NCBI GenBank assembly: GCA_963767925.1
Contig: CAVYGB010000008.1
Span: 1,312,001-1,376,000 of the forward strand
Length of the DNA stretch: 64,000 bases
Direction: 5' to 3'
Source: an uncultured delta proteobacterium
Lineage (GTDB): Bacteria; Myxococcota_A; Polyangia; Fen-1088
Shown: piece by piece, positions 53,010 through 63,587 of the stretch
Position numbering within the stretch: the stretch's first letter is position 1
How the letters are laid out: every line of letters starts with the position of its first letter
Notes under the pieces: model-generated
Told to the model about the DNA's origin: nothing
The model's database searches: none
The model's input: the letters and a program-made list of their open reading frames with translations, nothing else
Translations under genes and position numbers: made by a program

Positions 53010-53960
53010 CTAGGCGGCCGGCCTTGCGGGTGGTACGAGCTCGGCTGGGTCTATCTCGGATTCAAAAACGATCGAGGCGGGGCCCCTCATGAGGACGCCT
53101 TCTATGGTGTGAGGAGCCTTGCGCTCAATCTCTACAGCTATCTCCAGCGTACCACCTGGCAGATGGATGGGGATAGCCCCGAGTTGCTGCGTGCGCCCCT
53201 CAAGGTAAGCCGCGACGGCGGTGGCGCAAGCGCCTGTCCCACAAGCGAGGGTGATACCGCACCCCCGCTCCCAGACGACGAGGTCGATTTCCTGATCGGA
53301 CCCCGAGCGTCCGGCGCGGACCCGGGCGAACTCCACGTTGGTGCGCCGGGGGAACAGGGGGTCCACCTCGATCTGGGGACCGTAGGTCTCGGCCAGTTCC
53401 CGCAGCGAGGCGGCGGGATCGTCGACGAAGATGACCGCGTGGGGATTACCCATGGAGACGCCGGTGAAGGTGAAGAGGCGGTCCTTCGCCTTCACCGTGG
53501 CCCGGAGGGCCGGCTCACCGGCCGGGCCGGCCACCGGGATCTCTCCCCGGAGCAGCCGGGGCCGCCCCATCTGCACCTGCACCGACCGGACCTGCCCGTC
53601 GACCTCCTCGATCGCGCAAGCCAGGAGGCCGGCTCCGGTGTCGATGTCGATCACGGGCCGCCGGAGGCTGGGGTCGGTCTCGTAGAGGACCTTCGCCACG
53701 CAGCGGATGCCGTTGCCACACATCTCGGCCTCGCTGCCGTCGGCGTTCATGATCCGCATGCGGGCCTGGCCGGACTGTCCCGGCAGGATGGCCAGCACGC
53801 CGTCGGCGCCGATGCCGAAGTGCCGGTCACAAAGGGCCCGGGCCACCTCCGGATCGAGAGGGGAGGGGGCCACCTCGGCCCCCGGCCGGCCGGGCCGCAG
53901 GTCGACGACGACGAAGTCGTTCCCCAGGCCCTGAACCTTCAGGAATGGAAGACGTGCCAC
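53010..53960 (-). CDS. dapF: Diaminopimelate epimerase
   Basis: FLKVQGLGNDF, LCDRHFGIGADG, NADGSEAEMCGNG, SMGNPH, TNVEF, WERGCGITLACGTG. Confidence 0.95.
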   Translation of the reverse strand: MARLPFLKVQGLGNDFVVVDLRPGRPGAEVAPSPLDPEVARALCDRHFGIGADGVLAILPGQSGQARMRIMNADGSEAEMCGNGIRCVAKVLYETDPSLRRPVIDIDTGAGLLACAIEEVDGQVRSVQVQMGRPRLLRGEIPVAGPAGEPALRATVKAKDRLFTFTGVSMGNPHAVIFVDDPAASLRELAETYGPQIEVDPLFPRRTNVEFARVRAGRSGSDQEIDLVVWERGCGITLACGTGACATAVAAYLEGRTQQLGAIPIHLPGGTLEIAVEIERKAPHTIEGVLMRGPASIVFESEIDPAELVPPARPAA

Positions 53961-53977
53961 GATCGGCGAGGCGGCCC

Positions 53978-54472
53978 CTAGGGGGCCTTCTGCGGCGCCG
54001 GTGAAGGCGGAGCGGACGGGACCGCGGGGGTCGCAGGAGGTGCCGTCGCAGGAGGCGGCGTCGCCGGGCTGCTGCTGCTGGCCGGCTCGGACGAGGCAGC
54101 GGGGGGGGTGGCCGCGGCACCCTTCTTCTCGAGCTCGTCGCGCGCCTTCTCGATGTCCTTGACCACCTTGGCCTTGGCCGCCTGCTCGACCTGCTTGGCC
54201 GCCGCTTGCTTGTCGGCGAGATCCTGCAGGCGTCGAGAGTCGGACTGGCTGGAGAGATAGGCCAGGGCGAGCGAGTTCAGGAAGAAGATGGCCGCGCAGA
54301 TCGCGGTCATCTTCGTGAGAAAGTTCCCCGCGCCCGAGGAGCCGAAGACGGTCTGGCTGCCGCCGCCGCCGAAGGCGATGCCCATGCCCCCCCCCTTGCC
54401 TGCCTGAAGGAGCACGACCAGGACGAGGAAGGCGCAAACGAAGACGTGTACGACAATCAAGAACCAGTACAT
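53978..54472 (-). CDS. secG: Preprotein translocase subunit SecG
   Basis: VVLLQAGKGGGMGIAFGGGGSQTVFGSSGAGNFLTKMT; follows tpiA. Confidence 0.95.
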   Translation of the reverse strand: MYWFLIVVHVFVCAFLVLVVLLQAGKGGGMGIAFGGGGSQTVFGSSGAGNFLTKMTAICAAIFFLNSLALAYLSSQSDSRRLQDLADKQAAAKQVEQAAKAKVVKDIEKARDELEKKGAAATPPAASSEPASSSSPATPPPATAPPATPAVPSAPPSPAPQKAP

Positions 54473-55248
54473 GCGCTCGTCCCTTCTTTCACGATTTTGA
54501 CAAAGGAATCAACCGTCAGCGACGCCCCGCCCACCAGGGCACCGTCGATTTCGGGCGCCGCCATGAGGGCGGCGACGTTGTCCGGCTTGACGCTGCCGCC
54601 ATAAAGGATGCGGATGATACCCGCTGTTTCGACGCCCAGCCGCTCCACGAGCTGCGATCGGATGAAGCGGTGAACCTCCCCGGCCTGCTCGGGGGTGGCA
54701 TTTCGGCCGGTCCCGATGGCCCAGACCGGCTCGTAGGCAATGACGCAGGTGCCGGTCTCCGGGCTGGTCAGCGGCTCGAGGGCCCCGGCGAGCTGGGTCC
54801 CCACCCGCTGCAGGGTCTGGCCGCCGTCGCGCTCGGCCAGGGTCTCGCCGATGCAGATGATGGGCACCAGGCCGGCGGCGAGCGCCGCCTTGGACTTCCG
54901 GGCCACCCCGGCGTCGGTCTCCCCGAAGATCTGGCGCCGCTCGGAGTGGCCGACGATGACGTAGCGGGCGCCGGCGTCCACGATCTGCTGCAAGCCCACC
55001 GCGCCGGTGAAGGCTCCCTTGTTCTCCCAGTAGCAGTCCTGGGCGGCGACGCCCAGCCGGCTGCCCTGCAACCTCTGCGCGACGGTCGCCAGGGCCACGA
55101 AGCCGGGGGCCACAGCGGCGTCCGACGCCGCCACCCCCGCGACCCCCTCGCGAACGCCCTCGGCGAGGGCTATCGACTCGGAAAGGGTGCCAAACAGCTT
55201 CCAGTTGCCGCAGAAGAAAGGGCGCGGCCGGGACGGACGGGTGGACAT
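54457..55248 (-). CDS. tpiA: Triosephosphate isomerase
   Basis: GNWK, GAFTG, VGHSERR, AYEPVWAIGTG, LYGGSVK, LVGGASL. Confidence 0.97.
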   Translation of the reverse strand: MSTRPSRPRPFFCGNWKLFGTLSESIALAEGVREGVAGVAASDAAVAPGFVALATVAQRLQGSRLGVAAQDCYWENKGAFTGAVGLQQIVDAGARYVIVGHSERRQIFGETDAGVARKSKAALAAGLVPIICIGETLAERDGGQTLQRVGTQLAGALEPLTSPETGTCVIAYEPVWAIGTGRNATPEQAGEVHRFIRSQLVERLGVETAGIIRILYGGSVKPDNVAALMAAPEIDGALVGGASLTVDSFVKIVKEGTSACTGS

Positions 55249-55258
55249 CGAGATCTCC

Positions 55259-56443
55259 TCAAGCTTCGAGAGCCACAAGCCCGGGAAGCTTGCGGCCCGA
55301 CAAGAGCGCGAGCGCCGCGGGGCCCGCGCTCGCGCAGTGGGTGAGACGGCTGATCACGCCCGCACGCTCGACGGCAGCCGCCGTGTCGCGGCCCGCCGCC
55401 ACCGTGAGAACGGCCCGGCCGCCGGCGATCGCCCGCGCGATGCCCAGCGTGCCGGCGGCGAATGGCTCGGATTCGTAGGCCCCCAGCGGGCCGTTCCAGA
55501 AAATGGTTCGGGCGCGGCCGAGCGCCTCGCTGAAGGAGGCCAGAGTATCGGGGCCCACGTCGAGCGCGGCGAGATCCTCGGGCAGGCGCTGGGCCGCGAC
55601 AACCCTCCCGGCGGGCGAACGGACGCCGGCTGCCGCCACGAGATCGCGCGGCAGCAACACCGAGATGTCGTTGGCCTGGGCCCGGGCGAGGAACGAGCGC
55701 GCCCAGGCCAGCCGGTCGTCGTCGAGCAGGGAGCGGCCGAGGGTGGACCCTCGGGCTTTGAGGAAGGTGTTGGCCACCGCGCCCCCGAAACAGAAGCCAT
55801 CGGCCCGCAGGAGGAGGCTGTCGAGCGCGGGAATACGCTCGGTGAGGCGGGCGCCGCCGAGGACGACCCAGAACGGTCGCTCCACCTCGCCGGTGAGGCG
55901 GCTCATGGCCGCCAGGTCCGCCTCCAGGGCCAGGCCCATCCCCCGGGAGGAGACATGTCGTGGCACGCCGGCCACCGAGGCGTGGGCCTGGTGGCAGACC
56001 GAGAGCGCGTCGTTGACGTACACGTCGGCGTAGCTGGCCAGGGCGCGGGCGAACCGCTCGTCGTTGGCCTCCTCGCCCGGTGAGAACCGCAGGTTTTCGA
56101 GGAGGGCCACCGCCCCGGGGCGCAGGTCGAGGATCACCTTGCGCGCCCCGTCGCCGACCGGCTCGTCGGTGAGCAGGATCTCCTGGCCGAGCAGGTCGGC
56201 CAGGCAGGCGCCGACCGGCTCGAGCGAATATTCGGGGTGCGGCCGCCCTTCGGGCCGTCCCAGGTGCGACGCCAGCACCACCCGGGCGCCCCGGCTGAGC
56301 ACCTCGCGGATGGTCGGGAGGTTGAACGACAGGCCGCCGGCGTCGGCCACGCCGCGAGCCGGGGTCAGGGGAACGTCGAAGTCCACGCGAACGAGGACCC
56401 GGCGCCCCTCGAGATCGAGCTGCGACAGAGAAAGGGCCGGCAT
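55259..56443 (-). CDS. pgk: Phosphoglycerate kinase homolog with degenerate active-site motifs
   Basis: RVDFDVPL, SHLGRP, LLENLRF, YVNDA, AHAS, IFWNGP, LPGLVALE; several invariant residues substituted. Confidence 0.85.
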   Translation of the reverse strand: MPALSLSQLDLEGRRVLVRVDFDVPLTPARGVADAGGLSFNLPTIREVLSRGARVVLASHLGRPEGRPHPEYSLEPVGACLADLLGQEILLTDEPVGDGARKVILDLRPGAVALLENLRFSPGEEANDERFARALASYADVYVNDALSVCHQAHASVAGVPRHVSSRGMGLALEADLAAMSRLTGEVERPFWVVLGGARLTERIPALDSLLLRADGFCFGGAVANTFLKARGSTLGRSLLDDDRLAWARSFLARAQANDISVLLPRDLVAAAGVRSPAGRVVAAQRLPEDLAALDVGPDTLASFSEALGRARTIFWNGPLGAYESEPFAAGTLGIARAIAGGRAVLTVAAGRDTAAAVERAGVISRLTHCASAGPAALALLSGRKLPGLVALEA

Positions 56444-56500
56444 GAAAGCGCCCACTTTCTACACGTAACCGCGGGTTGCTTCCACATAGTCCCCGGTCCG

Positions 56501-56533
56501 AAAAAACCGAAGGGGCGCCCGTGGCGCCCCTTC
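56501..56533 (-). terminator. Rho-independent terminator
   Basis: On the minus strand: GAAGGGGCGCC-acg-GGCGCCCCTTC stem followed by GGTTTTTT. Confidence 0.85.
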
Positions 56534-56570
56534 AAGGAAGTGAGTCTAGTTCTAAGGAGACTTGAGCTTG

Positions 56571-56765
56571 TTAGTCGAGCCGTCCGTCATCCTTCATGTC
56601 GGAGGTCACGAGGGCGACGATCTCGGTGGCCAGAGCGACAATCTGTTTCGGCTCGTAGCCGTTTTGACGGAGCTCGCGATAAAGAGATTTAGACAGGATT
56701 TTGAGCGCGCGCTCCCGGTTAGGAACCGCTGGTGCTGCTACGCGCGTCGCGAGTGCTTGTGACAT
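56571..56765 (-). CDS. Small helical hypothetical protein (64 aa)
   Basis: GGAGGAGG RBS, ATG at 56765, ALKILSKSLYRELRQNGYEPKQIVALATEIVALVT; flanked by a promoter and a terminator. Confidence 0.8.
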   Translation of the reverse strand: MSQALATRVAAPAVPNRERALKILSKSLYRELRQNGYEPKQIVALATEIVALVTSDMKDDGRLD

Positions 56766-56799
56766 GGACCTCCTCCCAAAGAAGGTTGCTCTTCCGGTC

Positions 56800-56816
56800 A
56801 GCATGGCTCGTGCCAG
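56800..56816 (-). promoter_or_regulatory. Sigma54 (-24/-12) promoter
   Basis: CTGGCACG-AGCC-ATGCT versus consensus YTGGCACG-N4-TTGCW (one mismatch); AT-rich IHF-like tract upstream. Confidence 0.7.
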
Positions 56817-56995
56817 GCACGGGCGCGATGCAAACCATTGAAATTACTAGCAAGATGTAGGTGTTAAAACGCTCTTGGATGACACAGAGCGCGTAGACCG
56901 CTACGCATCTGCCGCGGCCGCCAGGACGCCCCTCCGGGGCCCAGACGCCCTGCATTCCGCGGCTTACGACTGTAAACGATCGTAATCATTGTATT

Positions 56996-58737
56996 TCACG
57001 GGTGTGTAGCGCCCTTCGCAGACGGAGGCAGGGGAAGCTCCGAGGCGCCGCGGCCGCTTCGCGGTTGGGTAGCCCCCTGCTCGGTCCGCCAGCGGCGGGA
57101 GCGCTCCACGATGGCCCTGTAGCCGTTCAGGCTTCGCCTGGCGCGGACGGGGGACCACCCGAGCTCTTCCCCCAGGATCTCGGCCACCAGGGGCGCACAG
57201 CCGAGGCCCTGCTCGCGGTCGACGCGAAACAGGGGCACCCGCCGGCAGAGGACGTCCTCCACCTCGACGGCGTGCTCATAGCGCGCAGCATAAAGAACCT
57301 CCGCGGCCAGGAAGGGCAGATCGGGCGTCAGACGGAGACGCAGGCGGTCGTTTGCCTCGGCCGCGAGCGTCAAGACCTGCCGGGCCCGCACGCCGTAGCT
57401 GGCGACCAGGTGCGTCCGGACGTCCTCGCCCAGCTCGTGCAGCGCCTCGAGGGTATCGCCTTCCCGGCCGGTCCAGCCCTGCGCCCCGGGCAAGGGCTGG
57501 TGGCGGGTGACACAGGGGCGCAGCGGACCATCGCGGCCCCGGCCGCGCAGCAGCTCGACCAGCCGGTCGACCGCCTCTTCCCCCATCCGGCGCATGGTCG
57601 TGAGCTTTCCTCCCGCGACCGTCAAGATGCCGCGGCCGTCGACCCAGATGGCGTGTTCCCGCGAGGTGGCCGAGGGGTGAGCGGCGCTGCTGGACAGCAG
57701 GGGACGCAGGCCCGCGAAGGTGCTGCACACGTCGTCGGCCTGCAGGCGGACCGAGGGGAAGGCGTGGGCGGCGCACTCGAGCAGATAGTCGACGTCCTCG
57801 GCGTGGGCCCGGATCTCGTCGCCCGGCGCGGGGCCCCGCCCATTTACCTCCGGCCAGTCGGTGTCGGTGGTCCCGATCAGCGTGCGCGGGCCCGCCGGCA
57901 ACACGAACATCACCCGGCGGTCGCGCGGCGAGCGCAGCACGAAGGCCTTTCCGCTGCTGGACAGGCGCTCCGAGTCGACGACGATGTGAACGCCCAGGGT
58001 GGGCCGCAGGATGCGCTCGCCGCCGCGGAAGGCGTCCGAGAACGGTCCGGTGGCGTTGACGACAGCCCGGGCCCGGATGGTCAGCCGTTCGCCGCTGTCG
58101 CGATCGCGCGCCACCACGACGTGGAGCTGACCGCGGCGCCCGCCGGGGGGCTCGATCTCCAGATACGAGGCGACCGCCGCCCCGGCCAGCTCGGCGTCGA
58201 GGACGCTCTCGAGCACCAGGCGGGCATCGTCGGTCTGGCAATCGACGTAGGCGATGGCGCCTTGCAGGCCAGCGCGGCGCAGGCCGGGCGCCAGCTCGGC
58301 CAGCTCGCCAGCGCTCAGCCGCCGGCTGCGCACGGGCGGGCGAAACAGGGCCAGGGCATCGTAGAGCGCGACCCCCACCGAGAGCTTCAGCAGCGAGGGG
58401 TCCTCGCCCCGGAAGGCGGGGAACAAGAACTCCACCGGTCGGCACAGGTGGGGCGCCGTCGCGCATCAAGCCGGCGCCGCTCGGCCAGCGCCTCGAACAC
58501 CAGGTGCAAGTGGCCGTGTTCGAGGTAGCGCAGGCCCCCGTGGATGAGCTTCGAAGAGTGCCCCGAGGTCTCCCCCGCGAAGTCGCCCCGGTCGCACAGG
58601 GCCACCTGCAGCCCGCGCAGGGCCGCGTCCCGGGCCATCGCCGCGCCGGTCGCGCCCGCCCCGACAATCAGGACGTCGAAGGCGTCCTCGCCGAGCCGGG
58701 CGAGCGTGGCCGACCGGGTTGCAGGGGGAGCCAGCAC
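56996..58737 (-). CDS. glpD: Glycerol-3-phosphate dehydrogenase/oxidase (frameshift near 58460)
   Basis: DVLIVGAGATG, RDAALRGL, TSGHSSKLIHGGLRYLE, TDDARL, VNATGP, GTTD, FAGLRPL, SREH, AGGKLTTMR. Confidence 0.92.
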
Positions 58738-60559
58738 CTACAACTTGAGGGCGATGTGGAGCTCGTCGAGCTGGCGCTGCGCCACCGGGGAGGGCGCCTC
58801 GGTGCAGAGATCGGTCCCCTTCTGGGTCTTGGGGAAAGCGATCACGTCGCGCAGCGACTCGGCTCCGCACAGGAGCATGGCCAGCCGGTCGACCCCGGCT
58901 GCGATCCCGCCGTGGGGTGGCGGACCGTACTTGAAGGCGTCCAGCAGGAACCCGAACTTGGCCCGGGCGTCCTCCTGGCGGTCAGACCCAGGGCGGCGAA
59001 CACGCGGGCCTGCACGTCGGGCGAGTGAATCCGGATCGAGCCGCCCGCCACCTCGTTGCCGTTGAGCACGAGATCGTAGGCCCGGGCCCGCACGGTCGCC
59101 GGCTCGGTCTCCAGCCGGGGCAGATCTTCGGGCATGGGCGAGGTGAAGGGATGGTGGGCGGCGACCAGCTTGCCGTCCTCGGTCTCCTCGAACAGCGGAA
59201 ACTCGGTGATCCAGCAGAACTTCCAGCCGCAGCGCCCTCCTTGGGGATCAGGCCCAGGCTCTCGGCCAGGTGCAAGCGCAGGGCGCCCAGCACGGTGTTG
59301 GCCAGCTTGCGCGCTCCGAACTGGAGGAACAGACGAGGTCGCCCTCCTGCAGGCCGGCCGCGGCGTTCAGCTCGCTGCGCAAGGCATCGGTCATGGTCTT
59401 GAGGGGCGACTGGGTCCAGGCGCCCCTCGGCGGCCGATGCGGGCCCGCGGCCAGCCCGCGCGCGCCGAAGCCCTTGGCGAAGTCCTCCAGCTTGTCGACC
59501 GCGCTGCGGGCCAGCTGGCTGGCCGTGCTCGGCCGGCAGGCGCCAGCCCTTGACCACGCCGTCACCCTTGCCGCTGGCCAGGGCCGCGCGGAACATCTCG
59601 ACGCCGCCGCCGTCGTGGCGGCGCACGACCTCGGTCAGGTCGCACAGGGGCAACCCGAAGCGCAGGTCGGGCTTGTCGCTGCCGTAAAGACCGATGGCCT
59701 CGGCGTAGGGCATGCGCTGAAAGGGCGTGGGCAGATCCAGCCCCAGGACGTCCTTCCACAGCGACGACCATGAGCCTCTCGACGACGTTCTGGACGTCCT
59801 CCTCGACGACGAAGCTCATCTCGAGGTCGATCTGGGTGAACTCGGGCTGGCGATCCAGGCGCAGGTCCTCGTCGCGGAAGCAGCGGACGATCTGGAAGTA
59901 GCGGTCGAAGCCCGCCACCATGAAGAGCTGCTTGAAGATCTGGGGCGACTCGGCCAGCGCGTAGAACGTGCCCGGGGTTGAGCCGCGAGGGGACCAGGAA
60001 GTTGCGGGCGCCGCCCGGGGTGTACTTGACCATGAAGGGGGTCTCGATCTCGAGGAACGCCTTGCTCGGTGAGCACGCGCCGGGTGGTCTGGTAGATCGC
60101 CGAGCGCACCAGGAAGTTTCGTTGCAGCGAGGGGCGGCGCAGGTCGAGCGCCCGGTGCTTCAGGCGCAGCGGTCTCGTTGGCCGAGGTGTCGTCCTCGAT
60201 GTCGAAGGGCGGGCGTCTCGGACCGCGAGAAGATGGTGAGCCGATCGCAGTGGACCTCGATCTCGCCGGTCGGCATCTTGGGGTTGCGGCCGGCGCCGCG
60301 GTCGACCACCATGCCGGTGATCGCCGATGCAGAACTCCGAGCGCAGCTCGCCCGCCAGGGTGTGCGCCTCCTGGTTGACGCTGGGCTCGAAGACGATCTG
60401 GGTGAAACCACCGCGGTCGCGCAGGTCGATGAAGACGCAGCCGCCGTGGTCGCGGCGGGAGGCAACCCAGCCGAACAACACGACGCGTTTTCCTACGTCG
60501 GCGGCGCGCAGGCTGCCGCAGTCATGGGATCGTTTCAGGTCGGTGAGGAACTCGGACAT
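58738..60559 (-). CDS. aspS: Aspartate--tRNA ligase (many frameshifts)
   Basis: [82 protein letters not shown]. Confidence 0.95.
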
Positions 60560-60654
60560 GGCAGCGGGAGTTACCATCTTTGAAGTGCGTCATGACGCCG
60601 AGGGTGGCCGATATCGACCTTGGCCGCGGTCCAACGTTTGCTATCGTCACGACG

Positions 60655-61618
60655 ATGCGTTTGCGAGTTCTTTACCACGGCAACTGCTTCGACGGGTGCA
60701 GCTCGGCGGGGCTTTTCGCCCGTTTTTACCGCGAACGGATCGCCAAGGGGGACGGTCGACGTCCTCTTCCATCCTCTCGAGCACAAGGGGGCCGGTCCGG
60801 CCATCCCCGCCAACCTGTTCGACGGCGACGAGAACGTCTGTGTGGACTTCCGCTACTCGCAGGACCCCCGCCTCACCTGGTGGTTCGACCACCACATCTC
60901 CGCCTTCCAGGAGCCGGGCGACGAGGCCCACTTCCGGGCCGACGCGAGCGGTCGCAAATTCTACGACCCCACCGCCAAGAGCTGCGCCCGGTTCCTGGCC
61001 CGCACGGTGGCCGAGAAGTTCGGGTTCGACACCGGCCCGGTGGCCGAGCTGATCGAGTGGGCCGAGATCATCGACGGGGCCCTGTTCCCCAACCCGCGCA
61101 TGCCGGTCGAGCTGAAGGAGCCGGCCCTGCGCCTGATGACCTGGGTGGAGAACAACCGGAATCCGGCCCTGGCGGTGCGGTTCATCGAGGACCTCGTGAG
61201 CAAGCCGCTCGCGGCCATCGCCGCAGAGCAGCTACGTGACCGAGCCGCTCGGGCCCGATCCTCGAGCAGCACGCCCGCAACATCGAGACGGTCCGGCGGG
61301 TGGCCCGGGTCGACGACGACGTGGTGGTCACCGATCTCCTCGACGAGAAGGTCGGGGGGCTCAACAAGTTCATCGTCTACTACCTGCACCCCGAGGTGCG
61401 CTACTCGGTGACGCTGCTGCCGGTGGGCAACAAGCTCAAGATCTCGGTGGGGTCGAACCCCTGGTCGCCCAGTCCCCCGCACCCACAACATCGCCGGCAT
61501 CTGCGAGCAATACGGAGGCGGCGGGCACCCGGTGGTGGGCGCGATCTCGCTGCCCGGGGACGACGTACCGGGCGCCCGCAAGGTGGCAGCCGAGATCATC
61601 GCTCGCCTGAAGAGCTGA
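60655..61618 (+). CDS. DHH-family phosphoesterase-like protein (frameshifted)
   Basis: YHGNCFDG, CVDF, WWFDHH, KISVGSNPW, YGGGGHPVVG across frames. Confidence 0.78.
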
Positions 61619-61621
61619 CGT

Positions 61622-62607
61622 TCAGCGATTGAGGCCGGGATCGTAAGGGGTGCGCTTGCGGGCCCGGCGCTCGCGCTTGTGGGCGACCTGGGCGTTGCGC
61701 TTCTCGATCAGCCAGGGGGGCGGCTTGCGCCCCGTCAGGGCCGCCTGCTCGGCGTGATGCTCCTCGAAGGTGCCCGGGCGCGCAGCCGAGCTCGAAGATC
61801 GTGACCTCACGCCGGCCGCGCTCGCCGATGCGCAGCGGCATCACCGCCGCCCCGATGCCCGGCCCCGACGTAGACCGCCCCGTGGGGCTGGGGCAGCGCG
61901 GGATCGCGCGCCGCCCGGGAGCCGTAGAGCCCGTGCACGTATTTGTGGCCGGCGATGCGACCGACCGCGAGCTCGTGCAGGCGGGCGAAGGTGACCTGAC
62001 CGCCGTGGGTGTGGCCAGACAGCACGAGGGGAACGTCGTGGCGCCACAACCCGTCCGCCTCCTCGGCGATGTGGGAGAGGCCCGAGCGTTGGTAGATCGC
62101 TGCGCAGGCCCTTGACCGCCTCCTCGCGCCGGGCGTGACCGGTGTAGGCGTCGTCGAGACCGACGCACCTGCAGCCGCTGATGGCGCAAGGTCAAGGTCG
62201 TGTGCTGGTTGGCGAGCACCTCGACCCCTCCGCGCAGGAGCGCCTGCCGGACCTCGCCCGCCCCGGCCCAGTAGTCGTGGTTGCCCAGCACGGCGATCAC
62301 CGGCGCGGTGAACTCCCGCATGAGCGACGGTGAGCTGATCGAGGTAGAGCTGGCTGTGGCAGACGAAGTCGCCCGTGATGACCACCAGGTCCGGCCGTTC
62401 GCCGTTGGCGAGGGCCACCGCGTGGCGCTGCACGTGGTAGGGGGTCACGCGGCCGACGTGGAGGTCGGTGAGGTGGGCGATCCGCAGATGGGAGAGAGCC
62501 CCGACGTATGCGGCCGGGCCGGCAAAACGTCGGACCCGGATACGTGTATTGCGGAGGCGCTCGTCGCCGTCGGGCGTCAGAACCCTCCGCGGGCCCAGCA
62601 GAGGCAT
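61622..62607 (-). CDS. Calcineurin-like metallophosphoesterase (YkuE/YaeI-like), frameshifted
   Basis: HLTDLH, ITGDFV, VLGNHDY, GLSH, LSGHTHGGQ. Confidence 0.85.
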
Positions 62608-62700
62608 GTGCTGCGGTCGAGTGTAAGCGCGGGCCGTGCGTCAGCAAGGACGATTCCCGGCCCAAACCGCGACCGCAGCGCCCCAGAGACCGGGGACCGC

Positions 62701-63483
62701 TCAGGATGCGGGCGTGCGGCTCAGGAACCCGGCAATGGCCTGAGCAAAGGGCAGGGGCGCCTCGAGGTTGGCCAGGTGACCGGCGCCGGGGATCTCGACG
62801 AGGACGGCGCGCGGGATCGCGGTGGTCATCGCCGCCGCCTCGCTGGGCGGCGTGAGGACATCGTCGGCGCCGACCAGGATCAGCGTCGGACACTCGATGC
62901 CGGCGAGCTCGCCCCGCCGATCGGGACGATCGCGCAGGGCGGTCAGGCCCGCCAGCACCGCCTCGGGCGGCTGGGCGCCGAGCGCGCGCACCTGTTCGCT
63001 GACGGCGTCCGCCGCCACCGGTCCGACCAGCTTGGGCAACACCGACTCGAGGTACGCCGGCACGCCGGCGCTGCGCACGAGGGCCATCGCTTGATCGCGG
63101 GCTGTCCGCGCCTCGGGGCTGTCGGGTCCCGCCTTCGTGTCGGCCAGCACCAGCCCCCGCAGCCGGCGGCCGTGCCTGGCGGCGAAGGCGAGCGAGACGT
63201 AGCCACCCATCGAGATGCCACCCACCACCGCTCGATCGACCCCCAGCTCGTCGAGGAGCTGGGCCACGTCGTCGGCGAGATCGGCGATGACATAGGAGCC
63301 ACCGAGGTCGGAGGCCCCGAAGCCGCGCAGGTCGGGCACCAGGATGCGGGCCCGGGCACCCAGGCGCTCGCCGAGCGGCGCGAGCAGCCGACGGTCGAAG
63401 GGGAACGCATGCAACAGGACACAGGTCGGGCCCGTTCCATAGACGTCGTAGGCGAGTCGCCGGCCCGAGATCCGGATCTCCAT
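62701..63483 (-). CDS. Alpha/beta fold hydrolase
   Basis: LLHAFP, PDLRGFG, GISMGG nucleophile elbow, VGADD, GAGHLANLE. Confidence 0.9.
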   Translation of the reverse strand: MEIRISGRRLAYDVYGTGPTCVLLHAFPFDRRLLAPLGERLGARARILVPDLRGFGASDLGGSYVIADLADDVAQLLDELGVDRAVVGGISMGGYVSLAFAARHGRRLRGLVLADTKAGPDSPEARTARDQAMALVRSAGVPAYLESVLPKLVGPVAADAVSEQVRALGAQPPEAVLAGLTALRDRPDRRGELAGIECPTLILVGADDVLTPPSEAAAMTTAIPRAVLVEIPGAGHLANLEAPLPFAQAIAGFLSRTPAS

Positions 63484-63587
63484 GCGCTTTACCGCTGGGG
63501 CCGAACATGCCACGCGAGACCGGGCCGGGGAAAGCGAAAACCCGGAGAAACTTGCGCGCTTGCGCGGCGACGCCGAGGATCCAGGTG

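Noticed and set aside
53940..53990. tRNA-Leu often found after secG
   Set aside because: dapF starts 17 bp after the secG stop, and there is no cloverleaf or T-loop motif.
58738..60559. aspS as a pseudogene or programmed-frameshift gene
   Set aside because: The indels are numerous, lack consistent slippery sites and also hit neighbouring genes. Sequencing error is the simpler explanation.
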